A DNA stretch of 55,573 nt, filler included, from a bacterium (GTDB lineage Bacteria > JAMOTN01), in assembly GCA_027062325.1 (NCBI GenBank). It is 3 parts of 3 records of this genome, joined end to end, with 100 filler letters (N's around TTAATTAATTAA, not from the genome) between each part and the next. Parts side by side here need not be neighbours in the genome. Positions count along the whole stretch, not along the records: positions 38,894 to 55,573 come from JAMOTN010000075.1; 2 more parts are not named here. One strand, written 5' to 3'. This document shows positions 47,950 through 55,573 of this stretch, in pieces; the first letter of the stretch is position 1; the number at the start of each line of letters is the position of its first letter. The notes under the pieces are model-generated. The model was given only the letters and a program-made list of their open reading frames with translations. It ran no database searches and had not been told where the DNA came from. A program made the position numbers and the translations under genes.

Positions 47950-49019
47950 TGTTTTGGGTTATGAGTAAGGATAAAGCGGCTAAATTTTATCCCCTAAAAT
48001 CTAAAGTGAAGAGGGCAGTGGTGTTTCTGCCCTGCGCTGGTTGTAAAAAGTTGTGTTCTTTCTGTGATCAGCGCATTATAACTAATAGGACTTTTCCTGA
48101 ATTAGGAACTATAGAGCAAGATTTAAAAGAACAGCTTTTTGGAATTTTGAAATGGTTGGAAAGGAAAATTGAGAAAATAACTTCGAAATTTGATTGCGAA
48201 ATACAGAATTCATTGGCAGTTGAGATAGCTTTTTTTGGTGGGACTTTTACCTCACTTGATATAGAGTACCGTTACAAGCTTTTAAGTTTAGCACGTGATT
48301 TGGGAAGTGAGTTTAAAAGACTTATTCCAGAAAAATTTTCCTCAATTGTAAAATGGCGTGGAATACGATTTTCTACAAAGCCAGGAACTGTTAATAGATT
48401 GGAATTTGAAGATTGGAAAAAATTTGGTGTGTTTGCTGTAGAGCTTGGAGTTCAGACTACTGAGGATGAGGTTTTGGTTTTGCACGGCAGAGATTACACT
48501 TTGGAAAATGTTATTAAAGATAGCAGTGCTTTACGTGAAGCTGGTTTCAGAGTTGGCTGGCAGTTTTTGGTTGGACTTCCTGGACAGAAAAGAGGATTTT
48601 GGAGAAAAGCTTTTAGCAAGTTTATACCAGATGAAGTTAGAATTTATCCACTGGTTGTGATAATGGGGACGCTTTTGGACAGGTGGATAGAGAATGGAGA
48701 GCTTGAAAAAAAAGGGATAAAATTGTGGAATTTTGAAGATATTCTCGAGGAAGCGACAGATCTTTATGAGGAATGTTTGAAGAGAAAAGTAGAAGTTTTA
48801 AAAGTTGGTTTACATTACGAAAAGAGTTTAGCGGAGCGTGCAAGAGAATGGTACAATTGGGGTGATTTGGTGCGTTTGAACTATCTTAAGAGACGTTTCG
48901 AGAGGAATGAAGAATTAACACCTCAGGAGAAAAAAATTTTATCCACGGCCTACGGGGGAGCCTTTTTAAAAAGTGGGAGTGGTTTAAAAGATTGGCTACT
49001 GAGGAGGAGTAGCAAATGA
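47949..49019 (+). CDS. Radical SAM protein (Elp3/HemN-like, commonly found after rnc)
   Basis: Motifs GCKKLCSFCDQ, AFFGGTFT, ST.P, VELGVQT, VGLPG, RIYP.VV and GL. Confidence 0.85.
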   Translation: MFWVMSKDKAAKFYPLKSKVKRAVVFLPCAGCKKLCSFCDQRIITNRTFPELGTIEQDLKEQLFGILKWLERKIEKITSKFDCEIQNSLAVEIAFFGGTFTSLDIEYRYKLLSLARDLGSEFKRLIPEKFSSIVKWRGIRFSTKPGTVNRLEFEDWKKFGVFAVELGVQTTEDEVLVLHGRDYTLENVIKDSSALREAGFRVGWQFLVGLPGQKRGFWRKAFSKFIPDEVRIYPLVVIMGTLLDRWIENGELEKKGIKLWNFEDILEEATDLYEECLKRKVEVLKVGLHYEKSLAERAREWYNWGDLVRLNYLKRRFERNEELTPQEKKILSTAYGGAFLKSGSGLKDWLLRRSSK

Positions 49020-50497
49020 CGAGAGATAGGAGAAAGCATCTGGAAAAATCTTGCTTTTTAAAGAAGCTTTTTATAAAAAGATGCGGTTGGATTGAGAATG
49101 CTGAACTTGAGTTTGGGGCTTCACCTGGTCTTTATATTTTGTGGGGAGAGAGTGGAAGTGGGAAGAGTATGATTTTGGATTCGGTTGCTCTAGCGCATGG
49201 AGTTATTTTACAGAGGTATCGTGGAATGGAGTTTGATATTGAGGTGAATACAAAGTGTGCCTCAGGTAAAAATAAAGCTGATGCTTATGAAATTGCAATA
49301 AGGGGGAAGAGAGTGTTTAGTGGAAAGACATTAAGGAGTCAATATTTTATAAATGGAGAAAAAGTTAAGCAAAATATGGTTGAGAAGCTGTTTCGGGAAA
49401 ATTTTGCCCATCAGGGACAGTTTTCTTTTGTAGAAATAAAAAATAATTTTAAGGAATTAATTTTGGATTACTCAGGTTTAAGGGAAGAGTATACTCAAAT
49501 AGAAGAGTTGCGCTCCAAAATTGAATTTTTAAAGAGTGTGGATGTGGAAGCTTTAAAAAATAAGTTGGATGAAGTTGAATTTCAATTGTCCAGAGTTGAT
49601 GAGGAAGTACTTGAGAAGAGTTGGGATGAGGTTGCTGACGAGGTTGCAAATCTTGAGGGAATAATAAGCGGTTATGAAAAGATTTTGAAATTTAGGGATA
49701 AGGCGATTGAGTTTTTAAACGTAATTTTTGGAATTGAATTTGAGGCTGTAGATGTTTTTAAAAGTCAAAATTTAATGGAGGCGTTTGTTAGTTTAAAAGA
49801 ATCTTTGGAATTCTTTTTAGATGAAACTGATCGTAAATTGAGTGAGATTGAAGATGTTAAAGTGAGGATTGAGGAGGCAAGGAGGATACTCAGGTATATG
49901 GAGGATATTGCTTCAATTTGGCAAGTTGCACCATTTGAGCTGCAGAGCAGGTATGAAGAGCTGATTTTAAAGAAGAAAAAGTTAGAAAGGGATTTGGAGG
50001 TTGTTGAAAACGAGTTGGAAAATCTTAAATATTATGAAGATGAGTTTAGTAGAAGTTGTGCTGAGTTTGAAGGGAATCTTAAGGATAGTTTAAAAAAATT
50101 GAAATTGGAGTTAGAAAGTGCTAGTGAAAAGTTGGGATTAGGGTTTGAGATTGATGTTGAAGTATCTTCAGTTGTTCCTTTGGAGGTAAAATTGCTTTTC
50201 AGAGATGATAGAGGAGATAGGGATGTTGAAAAGCTGTCAGGTGGTGAAAGACAACGTTTAATGCTTGCTTTATCTTCTCTTTTAAAAGTCAATATTATGC
50301 TTTTAGATGAGCCAGCAGCAGGATTAGATGAAGAAAATGCTACCAAACTGGTTGAGTTTTTAAAAGAGAGTTCTAGGAATAAGCAGATAGTAGTTGTAAC
50401 TCACAATAGAGTGATAAGAGATGCAGCAGACTGCGTTTTTGAAATAAAGCACGAGAATGGAAAGGTTCAGGTAAGAAGGGATAAATGTGAGTATTGA
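49016..50497 (+). CDS. recN: RecN-like SMC-family DNA repair ATPase (short)
   Basis: Walker A GESGSGKS, RS..FING, GQ loop, coiled coil, LSGGE signature, LLDEP and VTH. Confidence 0.72.
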   Translation: MTRDRRKHLEKSCFLKKLFIKRCGWIENAELEFGASPGLYILWGESGSGKSMILDSVALAHGVILQRYRGMEFDIEVNTKCASGKNKADAYEIAIRGKRVFSGKTLRSQYFINGEKVKQNMVEKLFRENFAHQGQFSFVEIKNNFKELILDYSGLREEYTQIEELRSKIEFLKSVDVEALKNKLDEVEFQLSRVDEEVLEKSWDEVADEVANLEGIISGYEKILKFRDKAIEFLNVIFGIEFEAVDVFKSQNLMEAFVSLKESLEFFLDETDRKLSEIEDVKVRIEEARRILRYMEDIASIWQVAPFELQSRYEELILKKKKLERDLEVVENELENLKYYEDEFSRSCAEFEGNLKDSLKKLKLELESASEKLGLGFEIDVEVSSVVPLEVKLLFRDDRGDRDVEKLSGGERQRLMLALSSLLKVNIMLLDEPAAGLDEENATKLVEFLKESSRNKQIVVVTHNRVIRDAADCVFEIKHENGKVQVRRDKCEY

Positions 50498-50534
50498 TGA
50501 TTTGAGTTGATTGGGTTTTAAAGGAGGAGATTAG

Positions 50535-50924
50535 TTGAAGTCATTTGTGGTTTACTTTGTTGTTGCAGTAGGTGGTGCAATTGGGGCTGTACTTAGGTAT
50601 TTTGTCTCTGGGATTTTCGCAAAGTGTTGTGGTTTTCTATTTCCGTGGGGAACGTTGGTTGTCAATTTGATGGGGGCTCTTTTCATAGGATTTATTTCAG
50701 GAATCAGTGAAGAGTTATTATTGAATCCCGAGTGGCGGCTTTTTTTAATGATAGGTTTATTAGGGGGATTTACTACATTTTCTACTTATGTTCTTGAAAC
50801 TTACAATCTTTTTGTTGATGGGGAGAAGCGAGTAGCTGTGTATAACGTTTTGCTGAACAATTTTCTGGGAATGTTGATGCTTATATTGGGATTTGCAGCG
50901 TCTAGGATGATTTTGAGAAAATGA
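50535..50924 (+). CDS. crcB: Fluoride channel Fluc/CrcB
   Basis: Motifs GGAIGA.LRY, FPWGTL.VN and G.LGGFTTFST. Confidence 0.96.
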   Translation: MKSFVVYFVVAVGGAIGAVLRYFVSGIFAKCCGFLFPWGTLVVNLMGALFIGFISGISEELLLNPEWRLFLMIGLLGGFTTFSTYVLETYNLFVDGEKRVAVYNVLLNNFLGMLMLILGFAASRMILRK

Positions 50925-50964
50925 GAGAAAAGGTGGGCAAAGGTGTGTTTGGAGGGGAGAAAGC

Positions 50965-51321
50965 ATGAGTAGTGATAATAAAATAACACTCCCTGAAGAT
51001 GGAATGCTTCTTAGGATATTTATAGGCGGTTGGGATAGAAAGGATGGTAGGCCACTTTATGAGTACATCGTATTGAAAGCACGTGAGATGAAGTTGGCAG
51101 GGGCTACTGTCCTGCGGGGAGTTATGGGGTTTGGTGCCAATAGTCATCTTCACACTGCAAAAATATTACGGTTATCGGAAGATTTGCCTATAGTGATAGA
51201 AATGGTTGATACGGAGGAAAATATAAAAAGTTTTCTTCCATTTTTAGAAGAAGTTGTAGATGATGGATTGATTACTCTTGAACGTGTTAAGATTCTTCGC
51301 TACAAAGCAAAGAGGGGATAA
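50965..51321 (+). CDS. DUF190 (PII-like) protein, usual crcB neighbour
   Basis: Motifs LLRIFIG..D..DG.PLY, AGATV.RG..GFG, LS.DLP.VIE.VD and GLIT.E. Confidence 0.9.
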   Translation: MSSDNKITLPEDGMLLRIFIGGWDRKDGRPLYEYIVLKAREMKLAGATVLRGVMGFGANSHLHTAKILRLSEDLPIVIEMVDTEENIKSFLPFLEEVVDDGLITLERVKILRYKAKRG

Positions 51322-51323
51322 CT

Positions 51324-52052
51324 GTGAAGGGAGCTACTGAGACGGCGAAAATTATATTAGTCTCTTCTCTTAGAAAGTCGTATTTAATAGGTTCTGAAAA
51401 ACTAGAGGTACTAAAGGGAGTTGACTTTGAAGTAAGAAGAGGAGAATTTGTATGCATAATGGGACCTTCAGGAAGTGGAAAATCAACCTTGATGCATCTT
51501 TTAGGCTGCCTTGATTCTCCTGACAGCGGTTCGTACATCCTTGATGGGGTAGAGGTGTCAACTCTTTCGGATTCGCAACTTGCCAGAGTTCGTAATCAGA
51601 AGATTGGATTTGTATTCCAAGCTTTTTTTCTAATTCCGTGGGCGACAGTTTATGAAAATGTTGAGCTTCCCTTGATTTATGCTGGTATTCCGTTTTACCG
51701 AAGAAGAAAAAAGGTATTGGCGGCTCTTGAATATGTGGATATGCAGCATCGTATTTGGCATAAACCTTCTCAACTTTCAGGAGGAGAGAGACAACGTGTG
51801 GCGATTGCAAGGGCAATAGTTAATGATCCAACTTTAATATTGGCAGATGAACCTACAGGGAATCTTGATACTAAAAGAAGTCAAATGGTTATGAATTTGT
51901 TTAAAAGGTTGAATAAGCAAGGAAAAACTGTTGTAATAGTGACTCATGACCCAGAGATTACTACTTGGGCAGAACGCGTGGTTTACGTACGAGATGGTGT
52001 CATAGAGAAGGAGGAAGTTTTGAAAAATGACAGCTTTGGTTCAAGCTTTTAA
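51324..52052 (+). CDS. ABC transporter ATP-binding protein (MacB/LolD type)
   Basis: Motifs [38 protein letters not shown] and VTHD. Confidence 0.95.
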   Translation: MKGATETAKIILVSSLRKSYLIGSEKLEVLKGVDFEVRRGEFVCIMGPSGSGKSTLMHLLGCLDSPDSGSYILDGVEVSTLSDSQLARVRNQKIGFVFQAFFLIPWATVYENVELPLIYAGIPFYRRRKKVLAALEYVDMQHRIWHKPSQLSGGERQRVAIARAIVNDPTLILADEPTGNLDTKRSQMVMNLFKRLNKQGKTVVIVTHDPEITTWAERVVYVRDGVIEKEEVLKNDSFGSSF

Positions 52053-53199
52053 GAGCATAATGGCAAATAAGGTTAGGACATTTTTAACCAGTCTTGGAAT
52101 AATAATTGGAACTTTTAGTTTATTTGTTCTGCTTGCAGTGGGAGAAGGGGCAGGAGAGGCTATGCAGGATACCATAAGAAGTTTGGGGAGTAATATCATA
52201 ATGATTTTACCGGCTCCTGGAATGCGTTTTAGAGCAAGGAAAGTGCGTTTTGATGAGGAGGATTTTTTAGCATTGAAGGCTTTAGATGAGGCAAAGCAGG
52301 TTGTTGGGTATGCGGAGAAAACGGCCATAGTTGGTGTTGGAGGGCGAAAGTTTGCTTCACGTGTTAAGGGGATATACGGAGATTATTTCCGAGCGATGAA
52401 TTTAAAACTTATAAAGGGACGATATCTTGATTATTTCGATTACAATTCCACAGATAGAGTTGTTGTTATAGGAAGTTTGCTTGCTAGGCGATTGTTTAAA
52501 GAAGAGGATCCAATTGGTAAGTTAATTGATATAGATGGGGTTAAGTTTGAAGTTGTCGGAGTTGTAGATAGAGAGTCTGCTACGTTTTCATTGGATAATA
52601 GCAGTTGTTTTGTGGGATTTAAGACTTTTGTAGCCGTATGGAAGATTCCTTTTTTCAATGTTTTTGTGTTGATTGCTAGAAATGAGGCAGATGTGGATGC
52701 TCTGCAGAATGAGGCAATACGTGCTCTTTATTCACGTTGGGGGGAAGATTTTATAGTTGAGTACGATGTTTTGAATCAACAAGAGTTGCTAAGTACTATG
52801 GAGAAAATTGGAGATATATTCAAGTTTTTCCTTGGAGTTGTGGCTTCAATCTCCCTTATTGTGGGTGGAATAGGAATAATGAACATAATGCTTGTCTCTG
52901 TTGCGGAGAGAACGCGTGAGATTGGGATAAGAAGGGCAATAGGAGCAACGAAGTTTAATATACTTGTAATGTTTATTTTGGAGGCAGTTGCTTTGTCTTT
53001 AGTTGGAGCTGTTGTAGGGTTGATTTTAGGTTGGTGGGCTGTAAAGTTTGTTGATAAACTAGGATATGCTGTATCTTATAATTGGGGACAGGTTATTGTT
53101 GCTACTTTGTTTCCAGTTGTAGTGGGAGTGGTGTTTGGATTTTTTCCTGCTTGGAGAGCAGCTTGTCTTAATGTGGTAGAGGCTTTGCGGTATGAATAG
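52027..53199 (+). CDS. ABC transporter permease (MacB/FtsX type)
   Basis: Motifs RTFLT.LGIIIG, a periplasmic core, VGGIGIMNIMLVSV.ERTREIGIRRAIGA and ALRYE. Confidence 0.93.
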   Translation: MTALVQAFKSIMANKVRTFLTSLGIIIGTFSLFVLLAVGEGAGEAMQDTIRSLGSNIIMILPAPGMRFRARKVRFDEEDFLALKALDEAKQVVGYAEKTAIVGVGGRKFASRVKGIYGDYFRAMNLKLIKGRYLDYFDYNSTDRVVVIGSLLARRLFKEEDPIGKLIDIDGVKFEVVGVVDRESATFSLDNSSCFVGFKTFVAVWKIPFFNVFVLIARNEADVDALQNEAIRALYSRWGEDFIVEYDVLNQQELLSTMEKIGDIFKFFLGVVASISLIVGGIGIMNIMLVSVAERTREIGIRRAIGATKFNILVMFILEAVALSLVGAVVGLILGWWAVKFVDKLGYAVSYNWGQVIVATLFPVVVGVVFGFFPAWRAACLNVVEALRYE

Positions 53200-53272
53200 C
53201 AGCTTTGTTTTAATATAATAATTGAAGTTGATGTGTATTTTTTGATAAAGTTTTTAATAAGTGATTGTCTAT

Positions 53273-53317
53273 ATAAAGAAGAGGATGATAAAGAAAAGGA
53301 TGATAAAGAAGAGGATG
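53273..53317 (+). repeat. Three-copy 15-bp tandem repeat
   Basis: ATAAAGAAGAGGATG / ATAAAGAAAAGGATG / ATAAAGAAGAGGATG, ending 15 nt upstream of the cheY-like ATG. Confidence 0.9.
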
Positions 53318-53332
53318 GGGGGGAAGAAGTAG

Positions 53333-53713
53333 ATGAAGGATTCTAAGATTCTAATAGTTGACGATGCAGAGTTTATGCGCTTTACATTAAAAAGAATTCT
53401 CAATAAGCACGGTTTTAACAATATAGTTGAGGCTGGCGATGGTAAGGAAGCTGTGGAGGTTTACTTTAAAGAAAAGCCAGATCTTGTTACGATGGATATT
53501 ACCATGCCGATAATGGATGGAATTGCTGCGACAAAAGAGATATGTTCTAAAGATCCAAATGCTCTAATAGTAATTGTTTCTGCAGCAGGACAGAAGGATA
53601 AGGTTTTAGAGGCAATAAAAGCTGGGGCCAAGTATTTCATCGTCAAACCTTTCAAAGAGGAATTTGTTATTGAGACTATCATGAAATTTTTAACTCAGAA
53701 AAAAGGCGGTTAG
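53333..53713 (+). CDS. cheY: Single-domain CheY-like response regulator
   Basis: Motifs ILIVDDA.FMR, MDITMP.MDG, SA.GQ and FIVKPF. Confidence 0.85.
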   Translation: MKDSKILIVDDAEFMRFTLKRILNKHGFNNIVEAGDGKEAVEVYFKEKPDLVTMDITMPIMDGIAATKEICSKDPNALIVIVSAAGQKDKVLEAIKAGAKYFIVKPFKEEFVIETIMKFLTQKKGG

Positions 53714-53774
53714 TTCTGTTTCCTCTATGTTTATTGATTGTAATTACACAATTTTATAAGGGGGAAATAAACTT

Positions 53775-54857
53775 ATGGTTAGGTTTAGAGTTGATGCAGC
53801 AGATATTAAGAAAAATGTTGTTGATTTGTTGAAAATTATAAAGACTAGAAGCTTTCAACCAATTTTAGCAGCTGTATATTTTAAGGCTGCTGGAGATAAG
53901 CTTTTGATGGTTGGGGCAACTCAGGAAGCTCAACTTTATGTTGAGAGTGGCGCAGTTATTGAGGAAGAGGGTGAGTTCTTGCTTCCTGCAAAGATTGCTG
54001 CTGATATTTTTAAGGATGCAGAGGGAGAGGTTCACTTTGAAATAAGTGAGGGAAATGTCTTTATAAAGATGGAAAGCGTTGAGTACAAGTTGCGTGTTGT
54101 GCCGGCTGATGATTATCCTTACAAAGAAGTGCCAACATTTGAAGGTCGTTTGACGTTACCTTCAGAGGTAATGGATTTAATTGTAAAGAAGGTGGCGATA
54201 GCTGCGGCTACTGATCCTGTTGATATTATGAGTGGAGTGTTGCTTGAGTTTGAAGAGGGAAAAGTTACAGCGGTTGCTTCTGATAACTACAGACTTGCAT
54301 GGTATGAGTTTGGCATAGATAATCAGTTGGTGGGTGAAAGATACATTGTTCCTCAGGCTGTCTTTGCGAGATTGGCAGACATATCTGATGAGGAGGTTTA
54401 TTTAACCTTTTCTGAAGGAAAAGTTTTTGCTAAAGGTGATAGAGGGGCAGTTTTAATTTCGAATCTTTTGCAGGGGTCTTTTCCAAATTGGCGTCAAGTA
54501 ATACCTCAGATGCATACGACGATGATTGAGTTTGAAAAGAGAGAGTTTCAACAGGCTTTGAAAAGAGTTGTTCCTATGGCAGAAGATAGACGCAGTGGTG
54601 TAAAGCTCAGTATATCCTCAGAGAAGATAGTGTTAGAAATAATGAATAGTCAGTTTGGAGAGGTAAAATCGAATGTACCTCTTTTGAGCTTTGAAGGAGA
54701 GGAAATGGAGATAACATTTGGAATAAATTACCTTGCCGCAGGTGTTGATGCTGCTGAAGAGGATACTGTGGTTTTGAAATTAGCTGGACCTATGAGTGCA
54801 GCCTATCTTTCAAGTGGGAAATTTAACTACATTTTAGTTCCAATGAGAGTTATATAA
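53775..54857 (+). CDS. dnaN: DNA polymerase III beta clamp
   Basis: 360 aa with PIL, DDYP, VASDNYRL, G.FP.W..VIP, FG..YL and Y.LVPMR. Confidence 0.92.
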   Translation: MVRFRVDAADIKKNVVDLLKIIKTRSFQPILAAVYFKAAGDKLLMVGATQEAQLYVESGAVIEEEGEFLLPAKIAADIFKDAEGEVHFEISEGNVFIKMESVEYKLRVVPADDYPYKEVPTFEGRLTLPSEVMDLIVKKVAIAAATDPVDIMSGVLLEFEEGKVTAVASDNYRLAWYEFGIDNQLVGERYIVPQAVFARLADISDEEVYLTFSEGKVFAKGDRGAVLISNLLQGSFPNWRQVIPQMHTTMIEFEKREFQQALKRVVPMAEDRRSGVKLSISSEKIVLEIMNSQFGEVKSNVPLLSFEGEEMEITFGINYLAAGVDAAEEDTVVLKLAGPMSAAYLSSGKFNYILVPMRVI

Positions 54858-54880
54858 GTGCAGCTTTGGAGGTGTTTGAT

Positions 54881-55231
54881 TTGAAGAATTGGTTTTGGAT
54901 GATAGTTGGAGCAATTGGCGGCTTTTTAGCGGCTTCGTGGTTGAAAGGTAGAGAGATAGTGTCGTCGCAGGAGAAGAAGGCTGTACGTTTTTTCTACCAT
55001 GATCCAAATGCTAAGAGTGTGGCAGTTGTTGGTGATTTCAATGGGTGGGATGAGACTAAGGATCAGATGTTTAATATGGGCGGAGGTCTGTGGGAAGCTG
55101 TCATATACTTGGAGCCCGGAGAGTATGAGTATAAGTTTGTAATTGATGGAGAAAAGTGGATTGAAGATCCAAATGCGAAGAAGTTTATAGATGATGGTAA
55201 GGGAAGAAGAAGTATCGTTACAGTTGAGTAA
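54881..55231 (+). CDS. Membrane-anchored CBM48/AMPK-beta-like glycogen-binding protein
   Basis: N-terminal TM helix; motifs A.SV.V.GDFN.W, G.W....L.PG.YEYKFVIDG.W..DP. GGAGG precedes TTG54881 (ORF track starts at 54866). Confidence 0.8.
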   Translation: MKNWFWMIVGAIGGFLAASWLKGREIVSSQEKKAVRFFYHDPNAKSVAVVGDFNGWDETKDQMFNMGGGLWEAVIYLEPGEYEYKFVIDGEKWIEDPNAKKFIDDGKGRRSIVTVE

Positions 55232-55573
55232 AGTTAGGTTACATAAATTTCCTGCTCTTGTAGATTACTATGTCTGGAGGGAGATATTTTCTCCTTTTGT
55301 ATTTGGGCTCTTTTTTTTTCTGTTGATTTTTATGATTGATTTATTGATGAGTTTAATAGATGACTTTATAAGTAAAGGTGTTCCATTTTACGATGTTGTG
55401 AAATTTTTTTACTATGCAATTCCTGCTTTTCTAGTAGTGGTTATTCCTATGGCAGTTTTATTTGGAGTAATAGTTGGAGTTGGAAGACTGCATAGTGGCG
55501 GTGAGATTACCGCTATGGTTGCAGGAGGATTGAGCCATTTTAGGATATTTATGCCTATTTTGGTGTTTGCAGT
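55224..55573 (+). CDS. LptF/LptG family LPS export permease (3' truncated by window edge)
   Basis: Manual translation MSKVRLHKFPALVDYYVWREIFSPF...IPMAVLFG....GRL...GEITAMVAGG.S..RI..P matches the LptF/G N-terminal signature. Not in the ORF track. Confidence 0.85.
   Translation, partial: MSKVRLHKFPALVDYYVWREIFSPFVFGLFFFLLIFMIDLLMSLIDDFISKGVPFYDVVKFFYYAIPAFLVVVIPMAVLFGVIVGVGRLHSGGEITAMVAGGLSHFRIFMPILVFA

Noticed and set aside
50498-50534. Fluoride riboswitch upstream of crcB
   Set aside because: The intergenic region is only 37 nt and lacks the fluoride riboswitch consensus and pseudoknot.
53273-53317. CRISPR array
   Set aside because: The 15-bp units are contiguous with no spacers, and there are no cas genes in the window.
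53330-53335. TAG readthrough (pyrrolysine) into cheY
   Set aside because: CheY is complete from ATG53333, and no pyl genes or recoding signals are seen in the window.
53714-53774. oriC next to dnaN
   Set aside because: No dnaA gene or TTATCCACA box cluster, and the spacer is short.

Overview
Low-GC, gene-dense bacterial chromosomal region. The organism is probably a diderm (LptF/G, ExbD, lipoproteins) and possibly an anaerobe (several Fe-S and radical SAM genes). Its proteins are divergent and its gene order is shuffled. Two 100-bp scaffold gaps carry an artificial TTAATTAATTAA linker (20466-20565, 38794-38893). The window holds two very large truncated secreted/surface proteins, tRNA-Gly(CCC), a clostripain-like peptidase, mltG, pheT, a ttcA-like gene, aspartate kinase, plsC, glyA, folE2/queD, tyrS, cheB, a PhnD-like binding protein paired with a diguanylate cyclase, and a KamA-family radical SAM gene split only by a gap. 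It also has a FAS-II cluster (rpmF-plsX-fabH-[ACAD-etfA]-fabD-fabG-acpP-fabF-rnc), recN, crcB, a MacB-type ABC pair, a cheY-like gene, dnaN and lptF/G. The best candidate for new biology is a translationally coupled acyl-CoA dehydrogenase plus lone ETF-alpha pair. It sits between fabH and fabD, where fabK (enoyl-ACP reductase) often lies, and no FabI/K/L/V is seen in the window, which suggests an ETF-linked ACAD acting in fatty-acid synthesis. Other leads are a degenerate ThrB-like protein beside an aspartate kinase with a reduced regulatory region, a binding-protein/DGC sensing pair, and a polyferredoxin fused to a decayed flavoprotein. I found no CRISPR array, mobile element or rRNA. All calls come from reading motifs by eye; no database searches were run.
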